Shown here one piece after another: positions 38,877 through 51,327 of a stretch of 64,000 nt of DNA. Below the pieces are notes generated by a model. That model was not told the DNA's origin. It ran no database searches and saw only the letters and a list, made by a program, of their open reading frames with translations. A program made the translations under genes and the position numbers. Source of the stretch: Rickettsiales bacterium. GTDB taxonomy: Bacteria > Pseudomonadota > Alphaproteobacteria > Rickettsiales > UBA3002. Numbering within the stretch: position 1 is the stretch's first letter; the number at the start of each line of letters is the position of its first letter. The stretch is from positions 395,519 through 459,518 of the forward strand of contig CBDFGU010000009.1 of assembly GCA_965247335.1 (NCBI GenBank), given 5' to 3'.

Positions 38877-40215
38877 CTTCCCCCACTTTCACGAAATTCG
38901 CCGGATTGATCGGCTGGTCGTTATAGCGCACTTCGTAATGCACATGTTCCCCGGTCGAGCGGCCGGTCGAGCCCTGGACGCCGATGACCTGGCCCTTTTT
39001 CACCAGTTGGCCCGGGCGCACGAGGATGCGGCTGAGGTGGCCATAGCGGGTGCTGAACCCGTATTCATGTTTCACGTCAACCACGTTGCCATAGGCTGTT
39101 TTCCAGCCGGCGAAATCGATGCGGCCATCGTTGGTGGCTTCCACTTTGGTGCCCGAAGGCGCGGCAAGGTCGAGCCCGGCATGGAAGGACAGCGAGCCGC
39201 GGAACGGATCGACGCGCGTACCGAACCCGCTGCTCTTATGGTAATCGACATCTTCCGCGAAGGGGATATTGAGCGGCATCGCAGCCACCACATCATTGAG
39301 CGTCGTTAGTTTCCGCAGGTTGAAGTAGAGCTCCGCGTCTTTTTCCTGCAGTACGGCGCCAGTCTTGGCCGGGATGAACGGGCCACCCGCCGGTCCGGTC
39401 ACGGGCTCAGCCGCGACGGGGGACTGCCCCGGCGCGACCGGCATTGCACTCGCCGGTATGAACGGGCCACCTTCGCCACCCTGGGCATCACCGCCGCCCA
39501 GCGAGGCCGGGGCGACGACAGCACCCGAGACCGTGCGGCCGTATTTTTCTTTCTGCTGTTCATCCTGCAGGCGCTTGGCTTCCGCCGCGCGTTGCAGCGG
39601 CTCGGCATCCATCCCAGTGCGGGCGATGACTTTCTCCAGTTCCTTGATCTTGCCGCCGGTCGTTGCGCGAATGTCGGCCATCATCGCATCATGGTTCGCC
39701 TGCAGTTCATGCACCTTATTCTCGAGGAAGGAGATCCGGCTGAACACCGCGTTGTATTTCTCATCCACCTCCGCATTGCCGCTGACGACAGCCGGAGCTG
39801 CAGTCGTGCTGTACTGGGCGGCAAGATCCTTGGCCGCATCCGCCGTCTTGCTTCCGCCCTTGGCGTTATCAGCCAGCTTCATCAGATCCTGTTTCAGCGC
39901 CCCGAACTCGGCCTCGACCCGCGCATTCTCCTGCGCAAAGGTCTCAAGTTTCTGCTGCTTTTCGTCGATCACTTTCTGGGCAGCCATATAGGATCCGCTC
40001 GAATAGCTGCCGAGCATAATCAGGCCGAGGACGACCACCGTGGCCACGAACTGTGTGCTTGCGGAAAACGGCACGTGCTGCGTCTTGTGATCTGAAATAA
40101 TGATGACGCTGCGTTTGCAGAACAGGCGATTAAACAAGCCCTTAAAGCCCTTGCGCACTGCCGATCGTGGTTTGTTACCGCGGCGTGCTGCCGAATGTCT
40201 CGCGTGTTTTGCCAT
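38857..40215 (-). CDS. bitopic M23 (LytM-type) metallopeptidase with a coiled-coil region
   Basis: It has a basic N-terminus, one TM segment ('FVATVVVLGLIMLGSY') and a coiled-coil stretch. The C-terminus carries 'HAGLDLAAP.GT.V', 'G.GNVV.V.H', 'GSTGRSTGEHVHYEV'. It overlaps the bactofilin gene by 20 nt. Confidence 0.88.
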   Translation of the reverse strand: MAKHARHSAARRGNKPRSAVRKGFKGLFNRLFCKRSVIIISDHKTQHVPFSASTQFVATVVVLGLIMLGSYSSGSYMAAQKVIDEKQQKLETFAQENARVEAEFGALKQDLMKLADNAKGGSKTADAAKDLAAQYSTTAAPAVVSGNAEVDEKYNAVFSRISFLENKVHELQANHDAMMADIRATTGGKIKELEKVIARTGMDAEPLQRAAEAKRLQDEQQKEKYGRTVSGAVVAPASLGGGDAQGGEGGPFIPASAMPVAPGQSPVAAEPVTGPAGGPFIPAKTGAVLQEKDAELYFNLRKLTTLNDVVAAMPLNIPFAEDVDYHKSSGFGTRVDPFRGSLSFHAGLDLAAPSGTKVEATNDGRIDFAGWKTAYGNVVDVKHEYGFSTRYGHLSRILVRPGQLVKKGQVIGVQGSTGRSTGEHVHYEVRYNDQPINPANFVKVGEDVRALN

Positions 40216-40290
40216 AGCTATACCCTTTTAACCCCCTGGTTTTGCAGCATTAACGGAAAAACACACCCTAAGGATTCCGTTATGGCCGTG

Positions 40291-41619
40291 TCAGGCCGCT
40301 GCATCTTTCAGAAGAATGGTTGCGAAGAAACCATCCGTCCCATCTTTATGTGGGCTTAACACGAGGCTGGCATCGACGCCGTCCCGTGCGAGTAGGTGGT
40401 TATTCCATAGTTTATCCGGCGCTTCAACCCGGAAATTGGGGTTACCCCCAAGGAATTGTTTTACCTGCCAGAAGTTCTCATCCGGGAAGACAGAACAGGT
40501 CACATAGACCAGCCTCCCACCGGGCTTTACGAGGCGGGCTGCACTTTGCAGAATCCGCGCCTGGATTGCCTTGATCTCCTGCAGATCTTCAAGGCTGAAC
40601 CGCCATTTCAAGTCCGGATTGCGCCGCCACGTACCCGAGCCCGAACACGGCGCATCGATCAACACCCAGTCGGCGCTCGCGATATGGCGCTTCAAATACG
40701 GGTCGTTCTCGTCGCGCAGCACATGCGTCTGCACATTGCTGGCTCCGGCCCGCGCAAGGCGTTTGCCCATCTGTGCCAGCCGCCCGGCGGAGGTGTCCCA
40801 CGCCAGGATGCGGCCCTTGTTCTGCATCGTTGCGGCGATGGCGAGTGTCTTGCCGCCGGCCCCGGCACAGAAATCGATCACCTTCTGGCCCGGCTTCGCT
40901 TTCACCAACAGGGCAGCGATCTGGCTGCCCTCGTCCTGCATCTCGAACTTGCCATCCTTGAAAGCCTGCGTATTGAAGGCTGGCAGGCGTTTCTTCAGCC
41001 GCACTCCAATGGGCGAGATCGGCGTCGACAGGCCGAAATGCCCGTCCTTGTCGAGGGCGAGGATCAGATCGGAAGCGTCCTTGCATTTCAAGGTGTTGGC
41101 GCGCAGGTCGATCGGGGCCTGCATGTTCAACGCGTTCATCGCGATCTCGAGGTCATCGCCGAATGCATCCTTAAGGCGGCCCTCCATCCATTGCGGATAA
41201 TTGAGGCGAGCGTCCTCGGGCATCTCGGCCGGGCGGAAAGCCTTAGTAGCGCAACGCTCCAGCATCGTGCGTTCCTGCTCGGTGATGATTGCCGGCGCGT
41301 ACTGCGTGCCGGTGAATATTTCCGCAATCTCTTCCGGTGCCATCTTCGGCTCGCGGAACAGCAGCGCCACCATTACCACCCGGCGCGGAGTGACATTGCG
41401 GTCGCAGGCCTCGATATGCCATTGCAGCGTGCCGCCGAAGCGCAGCGTGAAATAGACGAGTTCGGAGATCGCCCCGCGGTCCTTGCTGCCGATGAAGCGG
41501 CGGGCGCGGAAATAATCGGCCAGTAACCCATCCACCGGCGCGCGCTTATCCGCCTGCCAGATGGACTGGACATTCTCCATGATTTCGATGACGGACTGAA
41601 TACGCGCGGCGGGGGTCAT
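40291..41619 (-). CDS. rsmB: 16S rRNA (cytosine-C5)-methyltransferase, RsmB/Sun family
   Basis: It has a NusB-like N-domain and SAM-MTase motifs 'VIDFCAGAGGKT' and 'DAPCSGSGTWRRNPD' plus 'YVTCS'. Confidence 0.88.
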   Translation of the reverse strand: MTPAARIQSVIEIMENVQSIWQADKRAPVDGLLADYFRARRFIGSKDRGAISELVYFTLRFGGTLQWHIEACDRNVTPRRVVMVALLFREPKMAPEEIAEIFTGTQYAPAIITEQERTMLERCATKAFRPAEMPEDARLNYPQWMEGRLKDAFGDDLEIAMNALNMQAPIDLRANTLKCKDASDLILALDKDGHFGLSTPISPIGVRLKKRLPAFNTQAFKDGKFEMQDEGSQIAALLVKAKPGQKVIDFCAGAGGKTLAIAATMQNKGRILAWDTSAGRLAQMGKRLARAGASNVQTHVLRDENDPYLKRHIASADWVLIDAPCSGSGTWRRNPDLKWRFSLEDLQEIKAIQARILQSAARLVKPGGRLVYVTCSVFPDENFWQVKQFLGGNPNFRVEAPDKLWNNHLLARDGVDASLVLSPHKDGTDGFFATILLKDAAA

Positions 41620-41680
41620 AGGATTGGGGGTTTAGCTCGCGTGAAGGCTCGTGACAATCCCCAAATGCTCTGGTAACTTA

Positions 41681-44345
<2,665 letters not shown>

Positions 44346-44349
<4 letters not shown>

Positions 44350-45038
44350 CCCCTGAACCCCGTCGCCACCACGTAACTCTCCGCTGAATCGCTGCGCGAG
44401 GATTTGGGCTTGGCGTGCTTCACCGTCGCGAAGTCGCGCTGCATCTGTTTAAGTAGCATCGTCTCCGTACCGCCCTTGAGCACCTTGCAAGTGAACGACC
44501 CGCCCTGCTCGAGGATTTCCGTCGCGAACTGGTAGGCGAGCTCGCACAAATGGATGATGCGGATATGGTCCGTCGGCCCATGGCCGGTGGTGTTCGCCGC
44601 CATGTCGCTCATGACGAAGTCAGCCTTGCCACCGAGCATTTTTTTCAGGATGTCGGGCGCCTCTTCAGCAAGAAAATCGAGGACGATAAGTTCGGCCCCC
44701 GGAATCTCTGGAACCTCCAGCAAGTCACAGCCGATGACCTTGCCGCCGGGCCCGACCTTGGCGACCGCAACCTGGCTCCAGCCGCCCGGCGCACAGCCGA
44801 GATCGACCACTTTCATGCCGGGCTTCAACAGATGGTATTTCTCGTCGAGCTCGAGGATCTTGAACGCCGCCCGCGAGCGGTACCCTTCCTGTTTTGCCTT
44901 CGTCACGTACGGGTCGTTGAGCTGCCGCGCCAGCCAGCGCTGGCTGGAATTGCTGCGCTTCGCCGCCGTCTTCACATTCACATGCAAGCCGCGCGAGCCG
45001 GATTTTTTGTTGATCTTCTTGGGAGGTTTCGGCGGCAT
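44346..45038 (-). CDS. rlmE: 23S rRNA (uridine2552-2'-O)-methyltransferase RlmE/FtsJ
   Basis: It has 'SQRWLARQLNDPYV..AK..GYRSRAAFKL.ELDEKY', 'VVDLGCAPGGWSQV' and 'SDMAAN.TG'. The start at 45038 overlaps the ppx stop (TGATG). Confidence 0.92.
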
Positions 45039-46111
45039 CAGACGGGCAGCACTTCCCGCATCAGCGACACGATGATGCCCTCGCGCACGCCCCGATCCGC
45101 AATCGTAATCTTGTCGATCGGGAAAGTCCGCGCGATGGCCTCGAAGATCGCGCAACCGCTCAGGATGAAATCGGTCCGGCTCGCCCCGATGCACGGGTGG
45201 GCTGCCCGTGCGGCGGGTGACATGCGCATCAACGTTTGCGTCGCGCCTCGGATATCGGATATCGACAATTTGATACCGTCGATCTTGCTGCGGTCGTAAT
45301 GCGGTAAATCCAAATGAATGGCGGCGAGCGTCGTCACCGTGCCGGAGGTACTGAGCATTTGCACATCCTCTTTCCACATGCGATTGGCGATGCCGTTATC
45401 GCGTTCCATCGGCATCAGCAGTTTGGAAATTTTCGCGACGATCTCTTCGAAATACATTTCGGTAAAGGCCGGCCCGCCGAACTGCTCGCTCATGTTCATC
45501 ACGCCATACGGCAGGCTTACCCAGTCCTGAATCAAATGCCGCTTATGCGAGTTGAGCGGTTGCTCCGGGTCGATCTTCACCCACATGAATTCGGTGCTGC
45601 CACCGCCGATATCGAAAGCCAGCGCGAAGTTGGTGTCCTTCATCAGCAGCGACGAACAACCGAGGAACGCGAGCCGCGCCTCTTCCTCATTGCTGATGAT
45701 ATCGATGGCGAGGCCCAGTTCATCCTTCACCCGGCCAAGGAACATCTCGGCATTGCTAGCGCGGCGGCACGCTTCGGTGGCCACAAAGCGGTATTTCGCG
45801 ATACCATAACGCGATAGCTTCTGTTTGCAGGTCGCGAGCGCCCGCATGGTGCGGCGCATGGCTTCTTCACTCAGGCGACCCGTGTCGCTCACCCCCTCGC
45901 CGAGGCGGACGATGCGCGAGTAACTATCCACCACCTTCAATGTTTTATGCTGCGTATGCTGCTGGAAACTCGGCCGCGCAATCAATAACCGGCAATTATT
46001 AGTGCCAAGGTCGAGCGCTGCGTACAGCTCGGTCGTGGCCTGTTCGCGCGCGCTGTCGGCAGCGACGTCTTTCGGCGCTGATATTTCTTCGGCTGGAATT
46101 TCCTGTTTCAT
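45038..46111 (-). CDS. ppx: Ppx/GppA family phosphatase
   Basis: 'ALDLGTNNCRLLIA', 'ATEACRRA.N' and 'DIGGGSTEF' are the ASKHA-fold Ppx/GppA motifs. Confidence 0.85.
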   Translation of the reverse strand: MKQEIPAEEISAPKDVAADSAREQATTELYAALDLGTNNCRLLIARPSFQQHTQHKTLKVVDSYSRIVRLGEGVSDTGRLSEEAMRRTMRALATCKQKLSRYGIAKYRFVATEACRRASNAEMFLGRVKDELGLAIDIISNEEEARLAFLGCSSLLMKDTNFALAFDIGGGSTEFMWVKIDPEQPLNSHKRHLIQDWVSLPYGVMNMSEQFGGPAFTEMYFEEIVAKISKLLMPMERDNGIANRMWKEDVQMLSTSGTVTTLAAIHLDLPHYDRSKIDGIKLSISDIRGATQTLMRMSPAARAAHPCIGASRTDFILSGCAIFEAIARTFPIDKITIADRGVREGIIVSLMREVLPV

Positions 46112-46293
46112 CCCAACCACGATAAGCCAATCGGTTGCGCTGCACAAGCTCTGCAACAGCAATGGTTTAGCAAAATTCTTGAATTAGCTAAAACTTTCAA
46201 GGATTTGCCAAAAGTTCCCTTCAGGTTGAAATCCCTCGATTTTTTCGTTGGTCGTTAACCAATCCTTAAACGATACCTGCTATAACGGATACT

Positions 46294-47667
46294 ATGGCCC
46301 AATCGCTCGAAAAATTGAACGCCGACATCAAGTCACGCCTGGCATCGCTCGGCAATGCGATGGGCGGCGGGTTCATGGGCACCAGAGCTGCCGCCGTTCC
46401 TGCTGCCCCAGCCAAGGATGCGCCGCCGCGTAACCTGGAAGCCCAGGCGCTTTTCGACATCAAAAAGACGTTGCTCACCCAAGTGCGCGCCAGTGTGCCC
46501 GAAGGCGAGCGCCCGACGCTCGAGCACTACCGTCTTGCCTGTGAAGCATTTACCCAGACACCCCAAGGTCAGGCAATGGCCGCACGCAACGAATGGAACC
46601 CGAAAGTGTTCGCCGACCTTTCCGGGCAGGATCTTTCTGGCTTCACTATCAGCGAGCCGAAGAAACAACTGTCAGCGCACCATCTCGACCTCATGGTGCC
46701 ACCGCTGGAGGAACAACAGGCCGCCGACCGGCGCTTGGAATCGAGCGTCGATCTGCATGACCGCGACGGCGACGGCAAGATCAACGTTGCCGCCGCTAAT
46801 CCGTTTTACGATAATATCCGCTTCGATAAGGCCGACCTGCACGGGGCTTGGGTCGAGCCGGCGACCTCGTTCAACACCGAGATAGCCAAGGCCGAGAACC
46901 TGAAGGACATGACCTTCAACGGCATGCAGGAAGGCGATACCTTCACCTTCCGTTCCGGCGTGCACGAAAATGCGCGGATGACTAATATCGATGGCGGCGA
47001 GATCCGGTTTGACAACAACAGCCAGGTAAATGGTGTCAGCATCGAAGGCAAGGCAGCAAAGATCACCGTGGGTGACCATGCGAGCGTCGACCATATCGAC
47101 GTCAGCAACGAGTTCCGCATCATCGAACTCAACATGGGCAAGAACTCCGTTATCAGCAATTCGGACCTCGGCCAGTCCACCGTCTCGATGACTAGCCATT
47201 TTGAACCGGGCGCGACCTTCCAGAACGTCCACTTGAGCGGCAACCTGAGCGGACTCGATTTCAGCGGCTTGAAACTCAACAACGTTACCATCGGCGACGA
47301 GCGCACGCCCATCACGCAAGCCAGCCAGCTCGATGCACTCGGCATTACCCATGACGCCGGCACCAAGATTATCGCCAGCAATTCGGTCAGCCCAGCACAC
47401 GGCACCGGGCATGAAGAACTATCCGACCTTGCCCGCATTCGCATGACCATGCAGCATGCCGTCGCCGACCTCACCCAGCCCGGCGCGGTCACTCCACCGG
47501 CAACGATCGGGGCGATCGGCGCCGCTCTGAAAGCCGCCGAACAATCCATCGGCAAACCGCTGACGCAGTTAGAGAATGAGGCGCTTATCGCCCTGAATCA
47601 GGCACGCGAGGCGCGTCTGCACGAGCAGCATCACGATAACTTCCATGCGCTGCCCCGCAAGAGTTGA
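46294..47667 (+). CDS. hypothetical protein with pentapeptide-repeat-like beta-helix segments
   Basis: 'FADLSGQDLSGFTIS', 'FDKADLHGAWV' and 'FQNVHLSGNLSGLDFSGLKLNNVTI' resemble A(D/N)LXX pentapeptide coils. There is no signal peptide. Confidence 0.6.
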   Translation: MAQSLEKLNADIKSRLASLGNAMGGGFMGTRAAAVPAAPAKDAPPRNLEAQALFDIKKTLLTQVRASVPEGERPTLEHYRLACEAFTQTPQGQAMAARNEWNPKVFADLSGQDLSGFTISEPKKQLSAHHLDLMVPPLEEQQAADRRLESSVDLHDRDGDGKINVAAANPFYDNIRFDKADLHGAWVEPATSFNTEIAKAENLKDMTFNGMQEGDTFTFRSGVHENARMTNIDGGEIRFDNNSQVNGVSIEGKAAKITVGDHASVDHIDVSNEFRIIELNMGKNSVISNSDLGQSTVSMTSHFEPGATFQNVHLSGNLSGLDFSGLKLNNVTIGDERTPITQASQLDALGITHDAGTKIIASNSVSPAHGTGHEELSDLARIRMTMQHAVADLTQPGAVTPPATIGAIGAALKAAEQSIGKPLTQLENEALIALNQAREARLHEQHHDNFHALPRKS

Positions 47668-47743
47668 GGTGACCGCCTAATACCCTTGCATTTTCCTTCA
47701 TTCTACCTATATTCCCCGCTCATTTTATCCCTGCGAGGCCCTG

Positions 47744-48373
47744 ATGTCGTCCGTGAGCGCGAAACCAAGTTTGACCGCTGCCAACCAGAACCTGCAACGC
47801 CCGAGCGCCGAAGAAGCGAAAGCCGCTGTGCGCACCCTCATCCGCTGGGCGGGTGATAACCCGGAGCGCGAAGGCCTGATGGATACGCCGCAACGCGTCA
47901 TTGATGCCTATGAGGAATTCTATTCCGGCTACGCGGAGGATCCCGAAGCCGTGCTCGCCAAAACGTTCGAGGAAGTCGCCGAATACGACGAGATCGTGCT
48001 GCTCAAGAACATGGAATTCGAATCGCATTGCGAGCACCACATGGTGCCGATCATCGGCCGTGCGCACATCGCCTACATCCCGAACAAAAAGGTTGTTGGC
48101 ATCAGCAAGATCGCCCGCTTGCTCGACGTGTTCGCCAAGCGTCTGCAGACGCAGGAACTGATGACCAAGCAGATCGCCGACGTCATCGAAAAGGTGCTGC
48201 AGCCCAAAGCCATCGCCGTCATCATCGACGCCAAGCACGAATGCATGACCACCCGCGGCGTCCACAAGGCGAATACCACGACCGTGACCAGCCAGATGCG
48301 TGGCCAGTTCAAGACGGACGCAGCCGCCCGCAGCGAAGTCATGCGCCTCGTCGCCTCGTCAGATATCGGCTGA
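47744..48373 (+). CDS. folE: GTP cyclohydrolase I
   Basis: 'REGL.DTP.RV..A', 'FESHCEHHMVP' and 'QVQERLT'-type 'LQTQELMTKQIA' fit FolE. Confidence 0.93.
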   Translation: MSSVSAKPSLTAANQNLQRPSAEEAKAAVRTLIRWAGDNPEREGLMDTPQRVIDAYEEFYSGYAEDPEAVLAKTFEEVAEYDEIVLLKNMEFESHCEHHMVPIIGRAHIAYIPNKKVVGISKIARLLDVFAKRLQTQELMTKQIADVIEKVLQPKAIAVIIDAKHECMTTRGVHKANTTTVTSQMRGQFKTDAAARSEVMRLVASSDIG

Positions 48374-48975
48374 TGGCTGTCGTCCAGCACCGCCGCCTTG
48401 TGCTGGCATCGGGCTCGAGTATCCGTCAGCATCTGCTCAAAGCTGTCGGCCTCACCTTCAGTGTCGAGCCAAGCGGCGTCGAGGAAGATGCCATCAAAAT
48501 CGCCATGACCGATTCGCCGATTCCCGAATTGGCCCTCGCCCTTGCCCGCGCAAAAACGCTGGCGGTGAGCGTGCGCTACCCGGATGCCCTGACCATCGGC
48601 GCCGATCAGATCTGTGTCCATAATGGCAAAGCGCTTTCCAAACCCGGTACTTACGAGCGGGCCGAAGCGCAACTTGCGAGCCTTGCAGGTAATACTCACC
48701 AGCAGCATTGCGCTGTGGTGTTCGCCCACGGTAGCGACGTGCTGTGGCAATTCCATGATGCCGCCGAACTCACCATGCGCGCGCTGACAACGGCAGATAT
48801 TCGCAGCTATGTCGCCGCGGATTCGCCCCTCGCCTCCTGCGGTGCCTATAAATTCGAGGGGCTCGGCCGTCATCTCTTCAGCACCGTCAACGGCGACCAT
48901 GACGTGATTCAGGGCCTCGCGCTAGTGCCGCTACTCGCCCAGCTCCATGCGCTGGGCGTCATCGCCCTAAGCTAA
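48373..48975 (+). CDS. maf: Maf-like nucleoside triphosphate pyrophosphatase
   Basis: It has 'LVLASGSSIRQHLL', 'GADQ', 'KP' and 'CGAYKFEG'. The start overlaps the folE stop (TGATG). Confidence 0.88.
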   Translation: MAVVQHRRLVLASGSSIRQHLLKAVGLTFSVEPSGVEEDAIKIAMTDSPIPELALALARAKTLAVSVRYPDALTIGADQICVHNGKALSKPGTYERAEAQLASLAGNTHQQHCAVVFAHGSDVLWQFHDAAELTMRALTTADIRSYVAADSPLASCGAYKFEGLGRHLFSTVNGDHDVIQGLALVPLLAQLHALGVIALS

Positions 48976-49065
48976 CTTATCACAGCCCTAGCCAAAATCA
49001 TTCTGCCAGCGAATATTCGACTGGCGGGTCTAGTCGCGTGCATGATTTTTTGCTAGCATCGACCC

Positions 49066-50715
49066 ATGCAGGAAGCACATTCATTCGACGCCGTCGCGCT
49101 GGTCAAGCGGCTGACGCATATCGGCAAGGCTTTGAGCAGTGAGCGCGACCGCGACACCTTGCTTGAGCATATCCTGCTCGCCGCCAAAGAGATTGCCCAC
49201 GCGGATGGTGGCACGCTTTACCTTCTCTCACCGGAGGGTGACGTCCTTGACTATGTCATCGTGCGCACCGATTCGCTCGGCATCGCGTATGGCGGCACCA
49301 CCGGCAAGAAACCGCCGTTCAAGGTTGTTCATCTGTATAATTCGATCACAAATGAGCCGGAACTGCGCACGCAGGTCGTCCGCGCCGTTATCAAAAAAGA
49401 ATCGATCAATGTGATCGACGCCTATAATTCCAGCGAATTCGATTTCGCCGGTACCAAAAAATTCGATATGAATTACGGCTTCCGCACCCGCTCGGTGATC
49501 ACCATCCCGATGATCAACCACCGCGGCGAGCCGATCGGCTGCGTGCAGCTCATCAACGCCAAGGATCCGGCGACCGGCGCTACCATCGCCTTCTCCGGCG
49601 ATACGGTCGAGATCATCGCTTCGCTCGCCAGCCAGGCCGCCGTCATTGTCGATAAGGAAACGCTCATCGACGAACAGAAAGTGCTGCTCGAATCCTTCAT
49701 CAAGATGATGGCGCAGGCGATCGATGCGAAGTCGCCTTACACCGGGTCGCATTGCGTGCGCGTGCCGGTGCTGACCGAAATGCTGGCCGAGGCAGCCTGT
49801 AACGATCAGGATGGCTTCTTCCGCAATTTCAGCATGAGTGCGGAAGAAAAATACGAGCTGCATATCGCCGGCTGGCTGCATGATGCCGGCAAGATCGTGA
49901 CGCCCGTACACATCATGGATAAGGCGACCAAGCTCGAGACCATCTATGACCGTATTCACCTTGTCATCAAACGCTTCGAACTGCTCAAACGCGATGCCCG
50001 TATTCGCTGCCTCGAAGCCATCATCGCCGGTGGCGATACGCAGCAACTCACGACGCAGTATGAAACCGAACTCGCTGCCATCGATGACGACATCGCCTTC
50101 CTCAAGACCGCCAATATCGGTGGCGAGTTCATGGAGGATGCGAAGCTCGCGCGTCTGAAAGAATTGAGCGGCAAGACCATCCTGCTGGACGGGCAGACGC
50201 AGCCGCTGCTCAGCGAAAACGAGGTCTACAATCTTTCGACGCGCCGCGGCACCATCACGCCCGAAGAGCGCCAGATCATGAACGACCACATGGTTCATAC
50301 GGTCAACATGCTCGAATCCATGCCGTGGCCGAAGCACCTGCAGCGCGTACCGGAATACGCCACCGGCCACCATGAGAAGATGGACGGTACCGGCTACCCG
50401 CGCGGCGTACTGGGTGGCACCATGAGCATCCCAGCCCGCATGATGTGCATCGCCGATGTGTTCGAGGCGCTGACCGCTGTCGACCGTCCCTACAAAAAAG
50501 CGAAGAAACTTTCCGAGGCGATGGGCATCATCGGCCAGTTCAAGAAGAACAACCACCTCGATCCGCACATCGTCGATTTCTTCGTCACCTCGAAGACCTA
50601 TCGGAAATTCGCCGAGATGTTCCTGCCACCGGAGCAGATCGACGCAGTCGATGAAGCAGCGATTCTCGCCATCGTGCCCGAGGAAATGAAAACGAAAATG
50701 GTGCCGCGCAGTTGA
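49066..50715 (+). CDS. GAF domain-containing HD-GYP phosphodiesterase (c-di-GMP-related)
   Basis: The N-terminal region is GAF-like. The C-terminal HD-GYP motifs are 'HCVRV', 'LHDAGKI' and 'HHEKMDGTGYPRG'. Confidence 0.85.
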   Translation: MQEAHSFDAVALVKRLTHIGKALSSERDRDTLLEHILLAAKEIAHADGGTLYLLSPEGDVLDYVIVRTDSLGIAYGGTTGKKPPFKVVHLYNSITNEPELRTQVVRAVIKKESINVIDAYNSSEFDFAGTKKFDMNYGFRTRSVITIPMINHRGEPIGCVQLINAKDPATGATIAFSGDTVEIIASLASQAAVIVDKETLIDEQKVLLESFIKMMAQAIDAKSPYTGSHCVRVPVLTEMLAEAACNDQDGFFRNFSMSAEEKYELHIAGWLHDAGKIVTPVHIMDKATKLETIYDRIHLVIKRFELLKRDARIRCLEAIIAGGDTQQLTTQYETELAAIDDDIAFLKTANIGGEFMEDAKLARLKELSGKTILLDGQTQPLLSENEVYNLSTRRGTITPEERQIMNDHMVHTVNMLESMPWPKHLQRVPEYATGHHEKMDGTGYPRGVLGGTMSIPARMMCIADVFEALTAVDRPYKKAKKLSEAMGIIGQFKKNNHLDPHIVDFFVTSKTYRKFAEMFLPPEQIDAVDEAAILAIVPEEMKTKMVPRS

Positions 50716-50717
50716 GC

Positions 50718-51176
50718 CTAACGGCCTTGCGAACGATCCGGCACCGCCAACCCGACCGATTTTTCTACCGCACGCGCCATGGCGGAAGCCATGATGCGGC
50801 AGCTGTTATGGCTCATCGGCTGCAATTGTGAAATTAGAGAGGTAAAGTCACGCAAAGCTTCCGCAATCGCGAATTCCTTGCGGCCTGAAATCCAGTCGAC
50901 GGTATAATTTTCTTTTTGCAACATCCGGTAAAGCGCGAGTTTTTCAAGTTCACTGTCGATTTTATTAATTGAGCCGACTGCCCGTTTGATGGTGTCGGGA
51001 TCTATAGACATCATCACAGGTGAACCGGGAGTTGTCGCCGCCTCGTACGTCAGGTCCAGACCGGTAAATTTCACGTGTTTGGCCTGCTGCATTGCTAGTC
51101 TTGCCATATGGCTTGCGTCCTGTGCACCGCTCCGTACAGCTCTTCTGTCGTGTGCGAAACTGTTTATGCTGGACAT
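50718..51176 (-). CDS. hypothetical protein (152 aa)
   Basis: The ORF has GGAGG 4 nt upstream of the ATG at 51176. No domain recognised. Confidence 0.45.
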   Translation of the reverse strand: MSSINSFAHDRRAVRSGAQDASHMARLAMQQAKHVKFTGLDLTYEAATTPGSPVMMSIDPDTIKRAVGSINKIDSELEKLALYRMLQKENYTVDWISGRKEFAIAEALRDFTSLISQLQPMSHNSCRIMASAMARAVEKSVGLAVPDRSQGR

Positions 51177-51327
51177 GTCGCCTCCACTGATGAGCGCATG
51201 CATAATCGGTTCTCATGACAGCTCAGCGTCGGTCACGTGACAGTTGCGTGACAAAAAATATTATTGCTATGTTCATATTTTCTTCAGCACTCCCCTTCCC
51301 GGCATTCCACCCGCATGCGACTATAAT

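Noticed and set aside
49228-50568. A 446-aa antisense ORF lies inside the HD-GYP gene. Similar long antisense or alternative-frame ORFs occur elsewhere, for example 36330..37478 in mgtE, 26925..27884 opposite motA, 40456..41526 opposite rsmB, 42916..43884 opposite guaB, 11254..12003 opposite the bactofilin gene and 7763..8635 in ppdK.
   Set aside because: These are shadow ORFs typical of GC-rich DNA. Their translations are Arg/Ala/Gly/His-rich with no motifs, and each is fully covered by a gene with unmistakable family signatures on the other strand or frame.
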